Source: an uncultured Chloroflexia bacterium
Lineage (GTDB): Bacteria > Chloroflexota > Limnocylindria > Limnocylindrales > CSP1-4
DNA: 64,000 nt
Reading direction: 5' to 3'
Assembly (NCBI GenBank): GCA_963728745.1
Contig: CAVSKY010000006.1
Span: 197,323-261,322 of the forward strand
Made by a program: the position numbers and the translations under genes. The notes under the pieces are model-generated. The model worked only from the letters and a program-made list of their open reading frames with translations. It did not search any database and was not told where the DNA came from. Shown in pieces: positions 40,329 to 50,057 of the stretch. Numbering within the stretch: position 1 is the stretch's first letter; each line of letters starts with the position of its first letter.

Positions 40329-41960
40329 TTGTCTCGAACGCTCCTCGACGTGCTCGACGCCGCCGTGACCCGCTACGCCGAGCGGCCGGCCCTCGGCGTG
40401 CGCCACGACGATGGGTCGACGACCACGTGGTCGTACCGCGAGCTCGGCCGCCGAGCGCGCATCGCGGCGTGGCGTCTGCGTGCGCTGGACCTTGAGCCGG
40501 GTGATCGGATCCTGACCTGGAGCCCGTCGACACCCGAGTTGCCCGCGGCCTACTTCGGCGCGATGCACGCGCGGCTGGTGCTCGTCCCACTCGACCTGCG
40601 GATGTCGTCCGAGGCGATCGACACGATCGTCCGGGCATCGGGTGCGCGCCACCTGATCCTCGGGACCGGGCGCGACGCCCCGGATCCCGCGGCTGCCGGG
40701 CTCGCCGACTTCCCGACCACGACCGTCGACGCCCTCGCCGCGGAACCGGCCGACGACGACCCGGCCTTCCCGCCCGACTGGGAGGCGCGGCAGGCGTCGT
40801 GGAAGCGGCCATCGGCCGACGAAGTCTTCGAGCTCGTGTTCACGAGCGGGACCACAGGCACGCCCAAGGGCGTGATGCTGGCCCACGAGAACGTCGTGGC
40901 GTCGATCGAATCGTTCCACCGGATCGTGCCTCCGATGGAGCATCGGATCGTGTCGTTGCTCCCTCTGTCGCATCTGCTCGAGCAGGCCGTCGCGCTGTAC
41001 TACGCCCTGGATGTCGGCGCCGACGTCCTCTATGTGCGGAGTCGGAACCCGCGCGTGATCTTCGACGCACTGCGCGACCACCGTGTTACCAGCATGGTCG
41101 TGGTCCCGCAGGTGCTCGACCTGTTCTGGAGCGCGATCGAGCGCGAGGTCGCCAAACAGGGTCGCACAGCGCTGGTCGATCGGCTGCGGACGATCGCGCG
41201 ACGGCTGCCGACTCCGATCCGGCGGCTCATGTTCCGGAGCATCCACCGCCAGCTCGGCGGCCATTTCCGGCTGTTCCTGTCGTCCGGGGCGTTCCTGCCG
41301 CCCGCCCTCCACCAGGCGTGGGAGGACCTTGGGGTGACGGTCCTGCAGGGATACGGCACCACCGAGACCGGCACCGGCGCATGCGGCACGCTCGACGACC
41401 ACGAGCGCGGGACCGTCGGTCGGGTACCCGAGGGGATCGAGATGCGGATCGCCCCGGACGGCGAGATCCAGTTCCGGGGTCGGTCCGTCTTCAAGGGCTA
41501 CTGGAAGGCGCCCGAGCTCACCGCCCAGGCCTTCACCGACGACGGCTGGTACAGGACCGGTGACCTCGGGCGCTACGACGAGGAAGGTCGGCTGATCCTG
41601 AGCGGTCGCATCAAGGACATGATCGTGCTGCCGAACGGCTTCAACGTGTATCCCGAGGACATCGAGAACGCGCTGCGGATCGCCGACCTTCGCGACGGCG
41701 TCGTGATCGAGACCGAGCCTGGCCGGATCGAGGCGGTGGTGCTGGCGCTCGAGGGCGAGGACGCGGACGCGACGAAGGTCCGGGTGGACAGCGCGGTCAA
41801 GGCCGCGAACGCGAGCCTCGGGCCGAACCAGCGGATCGCTGGCTGGCGCCGCTGGCCGGACGAGGACTTCCCGAGGACGCACACGCTCAAGATCAAGCGC
41901 GATCCCATCCGGCGATGGGCGGCGTCCGGTGGCACCGTGTTGGTCAGCGACCGCGCCTGA
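40329..41960 (+). CDS. AMP-binding long-chain acyl-CoA synthetase-like protein
   Basis: FTSGTTGTPKG, LPLSH, QGYGTTE, RTGDLG, GRIKD; start approximate. Confidence 0.9.
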   Translation: MSRTLLDVLDAAVTRYAERPALGVRHDDGSTTTWSYRELGRRARIAAWRLRALDLEPGDRILTWSPSTPELPAAYFGAMHARLVLVPLDLRMSSEAIDTIVRASGARHLILGTGRDAPDPAAAGLADFPTTTVDALAAEPADDDPAFPPDWEARQASWKRPSADEVFELVFTSGTTGTPKGVMLAHENVVASIESFHRIVPPMEHRIVSLLPLSHLLEQAVALYYALDVGADVLYVRSRNPRVIFDALRDHRVTSMVVVPQVLDLFWSAIEREVAKQGRTALVDRLRTIARRLPTPIRRLMFRSIHRQLGGHFRLFLSSGAFLPPALHQAWEDLGVTVLQGYGTTETGTGACGTLDDHERGTVGRVPEGIEMRIAPDGEIQFRGRSVFKGYWKAPELTAQAFTDDGWYRTGDLGRYDEEGRLILSGRIKDMIVLPNGFNVYPEDIENALRIADLRDGVVIETEPGRIEAVVLALEGEDADATKVRVDSAVKAANASLGPNQRIAGWRRWPDEDFPRTHTLKIKRDPIRRWAASGGTVLVSDRA

Positions 41961-41963
41961 ACC

Positions 41964-42527
41964 TCAGGACGGGACGGCCACACCCGTTCCGAGCGTCTCG
42001 AGCGCCGTCTGGATGGCCGGCTGCAACGGGTCCTCGACGCCGCCCGGCACCCACGAGTACAGCACGACCGTCGGCCCGACCAACCTGATGATGTGCCGCG
42101 CCCCCAACGCCGACTGGACCTTGGCTGGCCCCGTCGCGAGGTAGGCCGCCTGTGCGGCCGCGGCTTCGGCTGCGGCCGTCGGATCCGGGAACTCGTAGAC
42201 GACGATGAAGCCCTCCTGCGGGGCCTGCGGCAGGATGACCTGGTAGAGGGCGCGCGGCGTGACCGTGAATCGGGCATCCTCGGGCGGTCGGAACGGGGCG
42301 GCCGAGTCCTGCAGGATGAGGTTGTGACCACCGAGCGCGCGGACGAGCTCGGTGCGGGTCTGCGCGACGACCGGTCCGACCGTCCTCGCCGGTCCCGCGG
42401 TGGCGAGGGGCGGCAGCGGCGTGATCACCGACGTGCCGCTCGGGGCGCAGGCGGTCGCGGCGAGCGCGACGAGCGCGACGAGCGCGATGAGCGCGACGAG
42501 GGCGACCGGGGTCAGCCGGGTGGCCAT
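41964..42527 (-). CDS. Hypothetical lipoprotein
   Basis: Long hydrophobic signal + ATAC lipobox; overlaps HIT gene end. Confidence 0.7.
   Translation of the reverse strand: MATRLTPVALVALIALVALVALAATACAPSGTSVITPLPPLATAGPARTVGPVVAQTRTELVRALGGHNLILQDSAAPFRPPEDARFTVTPRALYQVILPQAPQEGFIVVYEFPDPTAAAEAAAAQAAYLATGPAKVQSALGARHIIRLVGPTVVLYSWVPGGVEDPLQPAIQTALETLGTGVAVPS
42462..42506. repeat. 9-bp tandem repeat x5 in signal-peptide coding region
   Basis: GAGCGCGAC, GAGCGCGAC, GAGCGCGAT, GAGCGCGAC, GAGGGCGAC; encodes (VAL/IAL)n on the minus strand. Confidence 0.8.
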
Positions 42528-42859
42528 TCGAACGCCCGGCCACCCATCAGGTGGACGTGAAGGTGATCGACCGACTGCCCGCCCCAGCGGCCGACGTTGG
42601 AGACGAGCCGATACCCACCCTCGGCGATCCTTTCGGATCGCGCCAGGTCGGCCGCCACGGCGAAGATCCGGCCGACCAGCTCGCTTTCCGCATCGGTCAG
42701 GTCGAGCGCGGAGGCGATGTGGGTCTTGGGCAGCAGCAGGATGTGGGTCGGCGCTCGCGGCGCGATGTCGCGGATCGCCAGGATGAGGTCGTCCTCGTGC
42801 ACCTTCGTCGATGGGACCTCGCCGGTGACGATGCGGCAGAACAGGCAGTCGGTGGCCAT
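42512..42859 (-). CDS. hit: Histidine triad (HIT) nucleotide-binding protein
   Basis: DCLFCRI, GQSVDHLHVHLMGGR, WPPG. Confidence 0.95.
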   Translation of the reverse strand: MATDCLFCRIVTGEVPSTKVHEDDLILAIRDIAPRAPTHILLLPKTHIASALDLTDAESELVGRIFAVAADLARSERIAEGGYRLVSNVGRWGGQSVDHLHVHLMGGRAFEWPPG

Positions 42860-43317
42860 CAGAAGCTCGGCTTCGTACTCATAAGGAACCCGATGACGCC
42901 GACCAGACCAGCCATCAGGTACGACACGTAGCGCTGGCGTCGGGCGCGGTCCAGCCAGACACGGTCATCGGCGGCAGCCTTGATGCCCACGAGGCGGCGC
43001 AGGTTCGGACGCTGGATGAAGAAGGCGAGCCCGAGGTTCAGGGCGTAGATGACGAGCGCGATGAGCAGCCACGGCTGTTGCAGCACTGTCGGCCCGAGGC
43101 TGGCGATGAGCCCGACACCAGTCAGCGCCAGGCCGGCGCCGATCACCATCGTCCCGTGCGACTGGCCCCACAGCAACGTGCGGACAAGACCGCTCTCGGA
43201 CTCGACGGCCGCGCGGCGCGTGCGCAACGCGAACGGCAGCAGGATCGACGGCAGGAACAGGCTCACGGCCAGGAGCACGTGCGTGGCGAGCAGCACCGGG
43301 AACAGCGTGGAGGGCAT
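42859..43317 (-). CDS. Four-TM membrane protein (DUF2269-like)
   Basis: N-terminal HVLLA, four hydrophobic helices, C-terminal LMSTKP. Confidence 0.7.
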   Translation of the reverse strand: MPSTLFPVLLATHVLLAVSLFLPSILLPFALRTRRAAVESESGLVRTLLWGQSHGTMVIGAGLALTGVGLIASLGPTVLQQPWLLIALVIYALNLGLAFFIQRPNLRRLVGIKAAADDRVWLDRARRQRYVSYLMAGLVGVIGFLMSTKPSF

Positions 43318-43370
43318 CCGTCCGATCGTACATCGAGGCAGTCGGCGGGGCCGTCTGGGTCGACGCCATG

Positions 43371-44309
43371 TCACGCTCGGCGACAGTTCAGGGCGATCCA
43401 ATCCCCTTCGACCGACCGGTCGGTCAGCAGGAGGCCGGCCGCCTCGAACGCTGCTCGAACCTCGTCTTCGCGGTCGACGAAGATGCCCGAAGCCACGAGC
43501 CAGCCACCCGGTCGGAGCTCGGCAGCGAGCTTGGGCGCGAGTGGCCCCAGGACGCCCGCGATGAGGTTGGCGAGGACGACGTCGAAGCCAGGCTCGCCGG
43601 TCGGGATGGTGCCTTCGCGGGCACGGATGCGACGGCCCAGCCGGTTGCGCCGCGCGTTGGTGAGCGTCGCCTCCACCGCGATCGGATCGGTGTCGACGCC
43701 GAGCGCATCCGCTGCGCCGAGGTGCACTGCTGCGATCGCCAGGATCCCGGAGCCGCAGCCGACATCGAGCACGCGGGCACCTTCGAGCCGTCCGTCAGCC
43801 GCCAGCGGCTCCAGGGCGGCCAGGCACAGCCGGGTCGTGGGATGCAGACCGGTCCCGAACGCCATCCCCGGATCGAGGGCGATGACGACGTCGTTGGGTC
43901 CGGCGTCGTGGCGACGCCAGGTCGGCCGGATCACCAGCCGTCGGCCTACCCGAAGGACGGGGAAGAACGCCTTCCACGCCTCAGCCCAGTCGGCCTCTTG
44001 GACGACCCGCGTCCGGAGATCGCCGATGCCGCGCAGGTCGAATGCCTGCAGGTGGCCCAGCGCCTCCGCGACCTGCGTTGCGGCGGCCTCGGCCGCGGCC
44101 CGATCGGCCGCAGGCACATAGCCGCGGACCACGGCCGGGCGCGTCGGGTCCACGCGTGCACCCAGGCCCTCGTCGACCAGGTCGAACGCCGGCTCCACGG
44201 ACGTCCCACCGCTCGCCACGCGTCCGAGGATCTCGCTGACTGCCTCGACTGCTTCGAGGTCCGCCTCGACCGCGAGCTCAAGCCAGGCCGCAGGTCCGTC
44301 CGGCCTCAC
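43371..44309 (-). CDS. prmA: Ribosomal protein L11 methyltransferase
   Basis: [31 protein letters not shown]. Confidence 0.96.
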   Translation of the reverse strand: MRPDGPAAWLELAVEADLEAVEAVSEILGRVASGGTSVEPAFDLVDEGLGARVDPTRPAVVRGYVPAADRAAAEAAATQVAEALGHLQAFDLRGIGDLRTRVVQEADWAEAWKAFFPVLRVGRRLVIRPTWRRHDAGPNDVVIALDPGMAFGTGLHPTTRLCLAALEPLAADGRLEGARVLDVGCGSGILAIAAVHLGAADALGVDTDPIAVEATLTNARRNRLGRRIRAREGTIPTGEPGFDVVLANLIAGVLGPLAPKLAAELRPGGWLVASGIFVDREDEVRAAFEAAGLLLTDRSVEGDWIALNCRRA

Positions 44310-45415
44310 CCCAGACCGAGCTTGTCGAGGATGCTGCCCGACCCACCCACCGACTCACCCGATTCGCGCGCGAACGCTTCGAGCAGCTCGCGCTGCTTCT
44401 TGGACAGCTTGCGCGGCACCTCCACGTCGACCAGCACGTGCAGGTCGCCGCGGGACCCGGATCGGCGCAGATGTGGCACGCCCTTGCCGCGCAGCCGGAG
44501 CTCCGTATCGGGCTGCGTCCCGGGCTTGATCTCGACTTCCTCCGAGCCGTCGACCGTCGGCACCTGCAGCGTCGTGCCGAGGGCCGCCTGGGCGATCGAC
44601 ACGCGCGCCTCGTAATAGAGTTCCGTGCCGTCCCGCTTGAGCGTCGGGTGCGGCGTGACGTGGACCGCCACGTACAGCGAGCCGGGGGCGCCGCCGCGCG
44701 GCCCGATCTCGCCCTCGTTGGTCAGCCGGATCTGATGCCCCTCGTCGATGCCAGCGGGGATCGTGACCCGCAACGTGCGCTTGCGTTCCGTGCGCCCGTC
44801 GCCACGACACGTCTCGCACGGCGTCTCGACGATCTTGCCCTCCCCGCGACAGCGGGGGCAGGCGCTGACGTTGACCATCTGGCCGAGCATCGTCTGGCGG
44901 ACGCTGCGGACCTCGCCGCGCCCGGCGCACTGTGGGCAGGTCGTGGCTTCGGTACCCGGCGCGGCGCCGGTGCCGCTACATGTCTCGCATCGGTCGAGGG
45001 ATCGGAAGTCGATCTCCTTCTCGGTGCCCTTGACCGCTTCCTCGAACGTGATCCGCAGGTCGTAGCGCAGGTCCGACCCGGGCTGTGGTCGACCGCGCCG
45101 GGCCGATCCGGCCGCGGCGCCTCCGAAGAACGCGTCGAAGATGTCGCTGAATCCGCCGAACCCCTCGAAACCGGCACCCGCGCCGCCGTCGACGCCGGCC
45201 CGCCCGAACGTGTCGTAGCGCTGGCGGCGATCCGGGTCGGACAGGATCTGGTAGGCCTCGCTGGCCTCCTTGAAGCGGGCCTCGGCCGTCGGATCCTTGT
45301 TGACGTCGGGATGCCATTGCTGCGCCAGCTTGCGGAAGGCGCGCTTGATCTCGGCGTCACTCGCGCCGCGCCCGACGCCGAGCACCTCGTACAGATCCCG
45401 CTCCGTGGTGGCCAT
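44306..45415 (-). CDS. dnaJ: Chaperone DnaJ
   Basis: HPD J-domain, G/F region, four CxxCxGxG repeats. Confidence 0.98.
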   Translation of the reverse strand: MATTERDLYEVLGVGRGASDAEIKRAFRKLAQQWHPDVNKDPTAEARFKEASEAYQILSDPDRRQRYDTFGRAGVDGGAGAGFEGFGGFSDIFDAFFGGAAAGSARRGRPQPGSDLRYDLRITFEEAVKGTEKEIDFRSLDRCETCSGTGAAPGTEATTCPQCAGRGEVRSVRQTMLGQMVNVSACPRCRGEGKIVETPCETCRGDGRTERKRTLRVTIPAGIDEGHQIRLTNEGEIGPRGGAPGSLYVAVHVTPHPTLKRDGTELYYEARVSIAQAALGTTLQVPTVDGSEEVEIKPGTQPDTELRLRGKGVPHLRRSGSRGDLHVLVDVEVPRKLSKKQRELLEAFARESGESVGGSGSILDKLGLG

Positions 45416-45427
45416 CGACGCAGAAGT

Positions 45428-46120
45428 CTACGAGAGGGCGAGTTCCTTGGCCGTGGCGATCACCGCGTCGAGCATCGCGGGCGTGAGCTTGCCGGTGAAG
45501 GTGTTCTGCTGGCTCGGGTGATACGTGCCGACGAGCCGGTATGGTCCGACGTCGACCACGCCGCCGTGCGCGAAGCGCGGCTTTGTCGGCGTGGCAGGGT
45601 GGGCGCCGTTGGCCGCCATCGCACGCAGGGCCGCATCCCAGCCGTAGGCTCCCAAGGCGAGCAGGACTCGAACCCGGTCAAGGAGGCCGAGTTCACGCAT
45701 CAGGTATGGCGCGCAGTTGTCGCGCTCCTCGGGGAGCGGCTTGTTGGCCGGCGGGGCACAGCGGACGGCTGCCGCGATGTACACGTCGGTCAGGGTCAGG
45801 CCATCGTCGGCACGGCGGGAGATCGGGCTGCTAGCGAGTGCGGCTCGATGCAGCGACGCGAACAGGAAGTCGCCCGACGCGTCGCCGGTGAACACGCGGC
45901 CGGTCCGGTTGCCGCCGTGGGCCGCCGGCGCGAGCCCGACGACCAGCATCCGCGCCTCGGGATCGCCGAAGCCCGGCACCGGCCGGCCCCAGTACGTCTC
46001 GTCGCGGAACCGCGCGACCTTCTCGCGGGCCACCTGCTCGCGCCACGCCACGAGCCGTGGACACCGCCGGCACACCACGATCTCCGCGGTCAGGGCCGCG
46101 AGCGCGGCCCGGTCGGTCAC
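45428..46120 (-). CDS. Uracil-DNA glycosylase, family 5 (UdgB-like, Fe-S)
   Basis: CRRCPRL, GLAPAAHGGNRTGRVFTGD, CAPPANKP, YHPSQQN. Confidence 0.92.
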   Translation of the reverse strand: MTDRAALAALTAEIVVCRRCPRLVAWREQVAREKVARFRDETYWGRPVPGFGDPEARMLVVGLAPAAHGGNRTGRVFTGDASGDFLFASLHRAALASSPISRRADDGLTLTDVYIAAAVRCAPPANKPLPEERDNCAPYLMRELGLLDRVRVLLALGAYGWDAALRAMAANGAHPATPTKPRFAHGGVVDVGPYRLVGTYHPSQQNTFTGKLTPAMLDAVIATAKELALS

Positions 46121-46917
46121 TGGAGCAGCAGCTTGTCGAGCCGCCGGGACACGACGAACAGGCCCACGAAGCCGAGGATCAGCAGGTACGCGATGTGGAC
46201 CAGCAGCACCGGCGATAGCGCCCCGATCGTCAGCGCCCGGATGAGGTCGACGCCCTGGTACAGGGGCGACAGCTGGACGATGAGGCGGATCGGATCGGGA
46301 TACGTCTCGATCGGGTAGAAGGTCCCCGAGAACAGGAACAAGGGCAGCACCACGAGCTGCACGAGATCGAAGTCCTGCCAGGTCTTCATGAATGACGTAG
46401 CTGCCATCCCCACCGCCCCGAAGGCGAACCCGACCAGGAGCGCGGCGGGCACGGCAAAGATGACCCAAGGCGACACGACCAGCCCGAGGATGACCAGGAC
46501 CGCCATGAACCCGATCGCATAGAGCCCGCCGCGGATGAGCGCCCAGATCAGCTCTCCGACGGCGATGTCCCCGGCCGACAGGGGCGTGGACAAGATCGCC
46601 GTGAACGTCTTGTTGTAGTTCAGCTTGAAGAAGAAGTTGAACGTGCTTTCGTTGATCGCGCCATTCATCGCGGCACTCGCCAGGAGGGCCGGGGCGACGA
46701 AGAGCTGGTACGGGATCGGCTGCCCACCAGGTCCCGGGATCGTGCCGATCAGGGCGCCCAGCCCGAACCCGATGCTGAGGAGGTAGAACAGCGGCTCGAA
46801 GAAACCGGACAGCAGCACGATCCAGGTGTGGCTGTAGACGAAGATGTTGCGTTCCACGAGGCGCAGCGAACGGCGGCTGCCGATCAGCAATGCCGAAGTG
46901 AGCGGGAGCGCCGTCAT
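46117..46917 (-). CDS. ABC-2 type exporter permease
   Basis: FFEPLFYL, FVAPALLA, FLFSGTFYP. Confidence 0.88.
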   Translation of the reverse strand: MTALPLTSALLIGSRRSLRLVERNIFVYSHTWIVLLSGFFEPLFYLLSIGFGLGALIGTIPGPGGQPIPYQLFVAPALLASAAMNGAINESTFNFFFKLNYNKTFTAILSTPLSAGDIAVGELIWALIRGGLYAIGFMAVLVILGLVVSPWVIFAVPAALLVGFAFGAVGMAATSFMKTWQDFDLVQLVVLPLFLFSGTFYPIETYPDPIRLIVQLSPLYQGVDLIRALTIGALSPVLLVHIAYLLILGFVGLFVVSRRLDKLLLQ

Positions 46918-47720
46918 CCGCGTAACAACTTGGCGCTGACGGTACGGATCGTGAAGACGGCGCCCACGACGACGAAGGCGACGAGGACGAGCAGGTGGAC
47001 CAAGGCCATCTCGATGGTCGGTGACTGGCCGATCGTGCCAAGCGACAGGCCGCGCGCCAGGACGACGCCGTGGTAGAGCGGGGTCAGCCAGGCCAGGGGC
47101 TGGACGACTGATGGCAGCGACTCGATCGGGTAGAAGGTGCCCGAGAACAGGAACAGCGGCATGATCCCGAAACGGAAGATCGCCGCGAATCGCTCCGGCG
47201 TGCGCTGGGTTGCCGCGAACGCCGCGATCGGAGTTGCGAAGCCAAGGCCCGTCAAGGCTGCCACCGGGATCGCCAGCAGGATGAGCGGCGACGTCGCCGC
47301 CCCGAAGATGGCGATCACGACGGTGAACACGGTGGCGATCAGCAGCAGCCGCGCACCGAACCACACGATGTTGCCGAGTGCGATATCGCGGGGCGTGATC
47401 GGCGTGGCGAACATCGCGTGGTAGACACGGCTCCACACGAGCCCCGCCATGATCGGGAAGGTCGCCTCGAAGGCGCCCGCCTGCATGCAGGTCGCGACCA
47501 GCAGCCCCGGGGCCAGGAAGGTCAGGTACGACACACCACCAAGGGCGGCATCACGAGACTGATCTACGTAGCCGCCGAGACCGAGACCCATCGCGGCGAG
47601 GAACATGACCGGCGTCAGGAACGAGCTGAACAGGCTCGCTCGAAACGTCCGTCGGTAGATGACGAAGCGGTGCTCGAAAACGCGGCCGATCCCGGACAAC
47701 GGTCGGGTGGCGGCGGTCAT
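46914..47720 (-). CDS. ABC-2 type exporter permease
   Basis: YLTFLAPG, FLFSGTFYP; paralogous to the adjacent permease. Confidence 0.88.
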   Translation of the reverse strand: MTAATRPLSGIGRVFEHRFVIYRRTFRASLFSSFLTPVMFLAAMGLGLGGYVDQSRDAALGGVSYLTFLAPGLLVATCMQAGAFEATFPIMAGLVWSRVYHAMFATPITPRDIALGNIVWFGARLLLIATVFTVVIAIFGAATSPLILLAIPVAALTGLGFATPIAAFAATQRTPERFAAIFRFGIMPLFLFSGTFYPIESLPSVVQPLAWLTPLYHGVVLARGLSLGTIGQSPTIEMALVHLLVLVAFVVVGAVFTIRTVSAKLLRG

Positions 47721-48700
47721 CAGTCGATCAGCGAACGCCCGGTCAGGCGCAGGAAGACGTCCTCGAGCGACGAACGTCGGACGAGCACGGTCTCGGGCTC
47801 GAGCCCGCGAGCGTGGGCTGCAGCGACGGCGGCCTCACCGTCATCGGCGTAGAGCAGCACGCGGTCCGGCAGGCGCTCGACGCGCTCGGCCAGGCCCTCG
47901 AGCTGGCCGTCAAGGGTGTCCTGCACGCCGGGCGCGAAGCGCAGCTCGGTCACTTCGCGGGTCGAGTACTCCTGGATCAATGAACGCGGCGAGCCTTCCG
48001 CGACGATCTTGGCCTTGTCCATCACGACGAGGCGATCGCACAGCTGCTCGGCCTCGTCCATGTAATGGGTCGTCAGGACGAGGGTCACGCCGCGCTGCTT
48101 GAGCCGGTAGAGCCGATCCCACAGCAGGTGACGGGCCTGTGGGTCGAGACCGGTGGTCGGCTCATCGAGCAGCAGCAGGTCGGGCTCGTTGATGAGGCTT
48201 CGGGCGATCGTGAGCCGACGCTTCATGCCACCAGACATGTGTTCCACCTGGTCGCCGGCGCGCTCGGTGAGCTGGGCGAACTCGAGCAGCTCGTCCGCCC
48301 GCCGACCGCACTCGGCGTGGCTGAGCCCGAAATAGCGACCGTACAGGACGAGGTTCTCGCGGACCGTCAGCTCTGTGTCGAGGGTGTCCTGCTGGGGCAC
48401 GACACCTAGCCGGCCGCGGATCTGGGGGCCGTCGCGAGCCGGGTCCTGGCCGAGGACCCGCAGCGTGCCCCCTGACAAGGGCGAGACGCAGCCGATCATC
48501 CGCATCGTCGAGGTCTTGCCGGCGCCGTTCGGACCGAGGAAGCCGAACAATTCGCCGGGCGCGACGTCGAAGTCGATTGCGTCGACCGCGGTGAAATCGC
48601 CGAAGCGCTTGGTCAGCCCGCGGGCATGGATGAGCGAGGTCGATGGGTCGGTGGACGCAGCCCCGGGGCTGGGCGCCGCCGCCACGGGCGGTTCGGACAT
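47720..48700 (-). CDS. ABC exporter ATP-binding protein (NodI/DrrA-like)
   Basis: GPNGAGKT, SGGMKRR, DEPTTGLDPQAR, TTHYMDEA. Confidence 0.92.
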   Translation of the reverse strand: MSEPPVAAAPSPGAASTDPSTSLIHARGLTKRFGDFTAVDAIDFDVAPGELFGFLGPNGAGKTSTMRMIGCVSPLSGGTLRVLGQDPARDGPQIRGRLGVVPQQDTLDTELTVRENLVLYGRYFGLSHAECGRRADELLEFAQLTERAGDQVEHMSGGMKRRLTIARSLINEPDLLLLDEPTTGLDPQARHLLWDRLYRLKQRGVTLVLTTHYMDEAEQLCDRLVVMDKAKIVAEGSPRSLIQEYSTREVTELRFAPGVQDTLDGQLEGLAERVERLPDRVLLYADDGEAAVAAAHARGLEPETVLVRRSSLEDVFLRLTGRSLID

Positions 48701-48829
48701 GGACGGGCATGGTACCGCGAGTCGGCGTGGCCTCGCGCCGACCGATTTCGGAACGATGGCGGCTGCTCGAGTCGCCAGTACGGGCATGGGCGGCCGTGCG
48801 GGCCGTCGCCGTAGTTGGAGGGGACGACC

Positions 48830-49456
48830 ATGTCCCAACATGTTCATCGGGTCCTGCGGGCGATCGCCGTCGGGTCGATCGCGCTGCTCGCGCTGACGAC
48901 GGGCGTTGCTGCGCGCGAGCCGGTCGACCCCGCGTCGCTCAACCCCGCGCCACCGCCGGAATTCAACGCGACCTGCGAGCGTCTGGGCAACCAGATCCGA
49001 TGTGAGCTGGCGTTCTCGGATCCGCCATTCTTCGACGAGCCCAGCGCGATCTTCTGCGACGGCGTGGAGCTGCGCGTCTCGCAGACGCGCGATGTGGTCG
49101 GAAAGCGCTACTACGATGCCGATGGCGATCTGCTACGGCGCCACTTCCGCGAGCGGTTCACTGGCGACTTCAGCAACCCGGTGACCGGTCGGTCGGTCGA
49201 CTGGGTGGCGCACAACACGATCATCCACGACCTCGCGGTGCCGGGTGAGATCGCATCCGGGACCACGCGGATCACCGGGCAGCAGATCCGGATCTTCGCC
49301 GACGACGGCGGCACGGTCCTGCTCGACGCGGGCCGGATCCTGATCGACGAGTCGACCGGCGAGATCCTGAGCTCGTCCGGCCCGAAGCACTTCGACGACT
49401 ACTTCGCGTTCGGTGACGAGCACGCGCTCGACGCGCTGTGTGCCGCCGTGGCCTGA
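48830..49456 (+). CDS. Secreted hypothetical beta-rich protein
   Basis: GGAGG RBS, signal peptide ending VAA, four Cys. Confidence 0.7.
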   Translation: MSQHVHRVLRAIAVGSIALLALTTGVAAREPVDPASLNPAPPPEFNATCERLGNQIRCELAFSDPPFFDEPSAIFCDGVELRVSQTRDVVGKRYYDADGDLLRRHFRERFTGDFSNPVTGRSVDWVAHNTIIHDLAVPGEIASGTTRITGQQIRIFADDGGTVLLDAGRILIDESTGEILSSSGPKHFDDYFAFGDEHALDALCAAVA

Positions 49457-49574
49457 CCCGCGGTATTCGTCCGCATCGGGCTGGTTCCTGGCGGTGTCGA
49501 TAAAACTGGCTACACACAGGTAGCAAATGGGTGTATGATCTGGCCAGTCACCACCTCAGCCAGGAGCCAGACCG

Positions 49575-50057
49575 ATGGCCACCATCCCCGCTCCCGCCGC
49601 CGAGCTCATCGAGCGGGCGCTCGTCGCGGAGCTCACGGTCGTCGATGCGACCGGGCGTCCGGTCACCTACCCGTTGATCCCGCTGTGGGACGGCGAGCGC
49701 GTCTACATGACGTCGTCGACGCTGTTCAGCCGCAAGCTGGAGCACGTCGCCGCGAACCCGCGGGTGTCCGTATCCGTGACCGACCCGGTCAGCGTGGGCG
49801 GACGCGAGGATCGCGTCACGATCCAAGGTGACGCGCGCGTGATCGCCGAGGATCCGCATGGTGGCTGGGAGCGCCTCCTGCCGATCTGGTCGGCGAAGGA
49901 GCCGGCGATCGTGGCCTTCCTCAAGTCCCGGGTCGCCTTGCCGCTGTTCTTCGAGCGAGCGCTCATCGAGATCAGGCCCCGCCGGGTCCTGTACTGGCCC
50001 ACCGGTGACCCTTCGGTCCCGCCCGTCGTGACCGTCCTTGAAGGGGAGGCCGCGTGA
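49575..50057 (+). CDS. Pyridoxamine 5'-phosphate oxidase-like split-barrel protein (flavin/F420-binding)
   Basis: LTVVDATGRPVTYP, SRKLEHVAANPRVSV, VTIQGDARV, IEIRPRRV; AGGAG RBS. Confidence 0.85.
   Translation: MATIPAPAAELIERALVAELTVVDATGRPVTYPLIPLWDGERVYMTSSTLFSRKLEHVAANPRVSVSVTDPVSVGGREDRVTIQGDARVIAEDPHGGWERLLPIWSAKEPAIVAFLKSRVALPLFFERALIEIRPRRVLYWPTGDPSVPPVVTVLEGEAA

Noticed and set aside
47720-48700. Nodulation genes nodI/nodJ
   Set aside because: Generic ABC-2 exporter family; no nod biosynthesis genes nearby
48750-48775. Possible ECF sigma promoter GGAAC-N16-GTC upstream of the secreted protein
   Set aside because: Too short to distinguish from chance without a cognate sigma factor or conservation data
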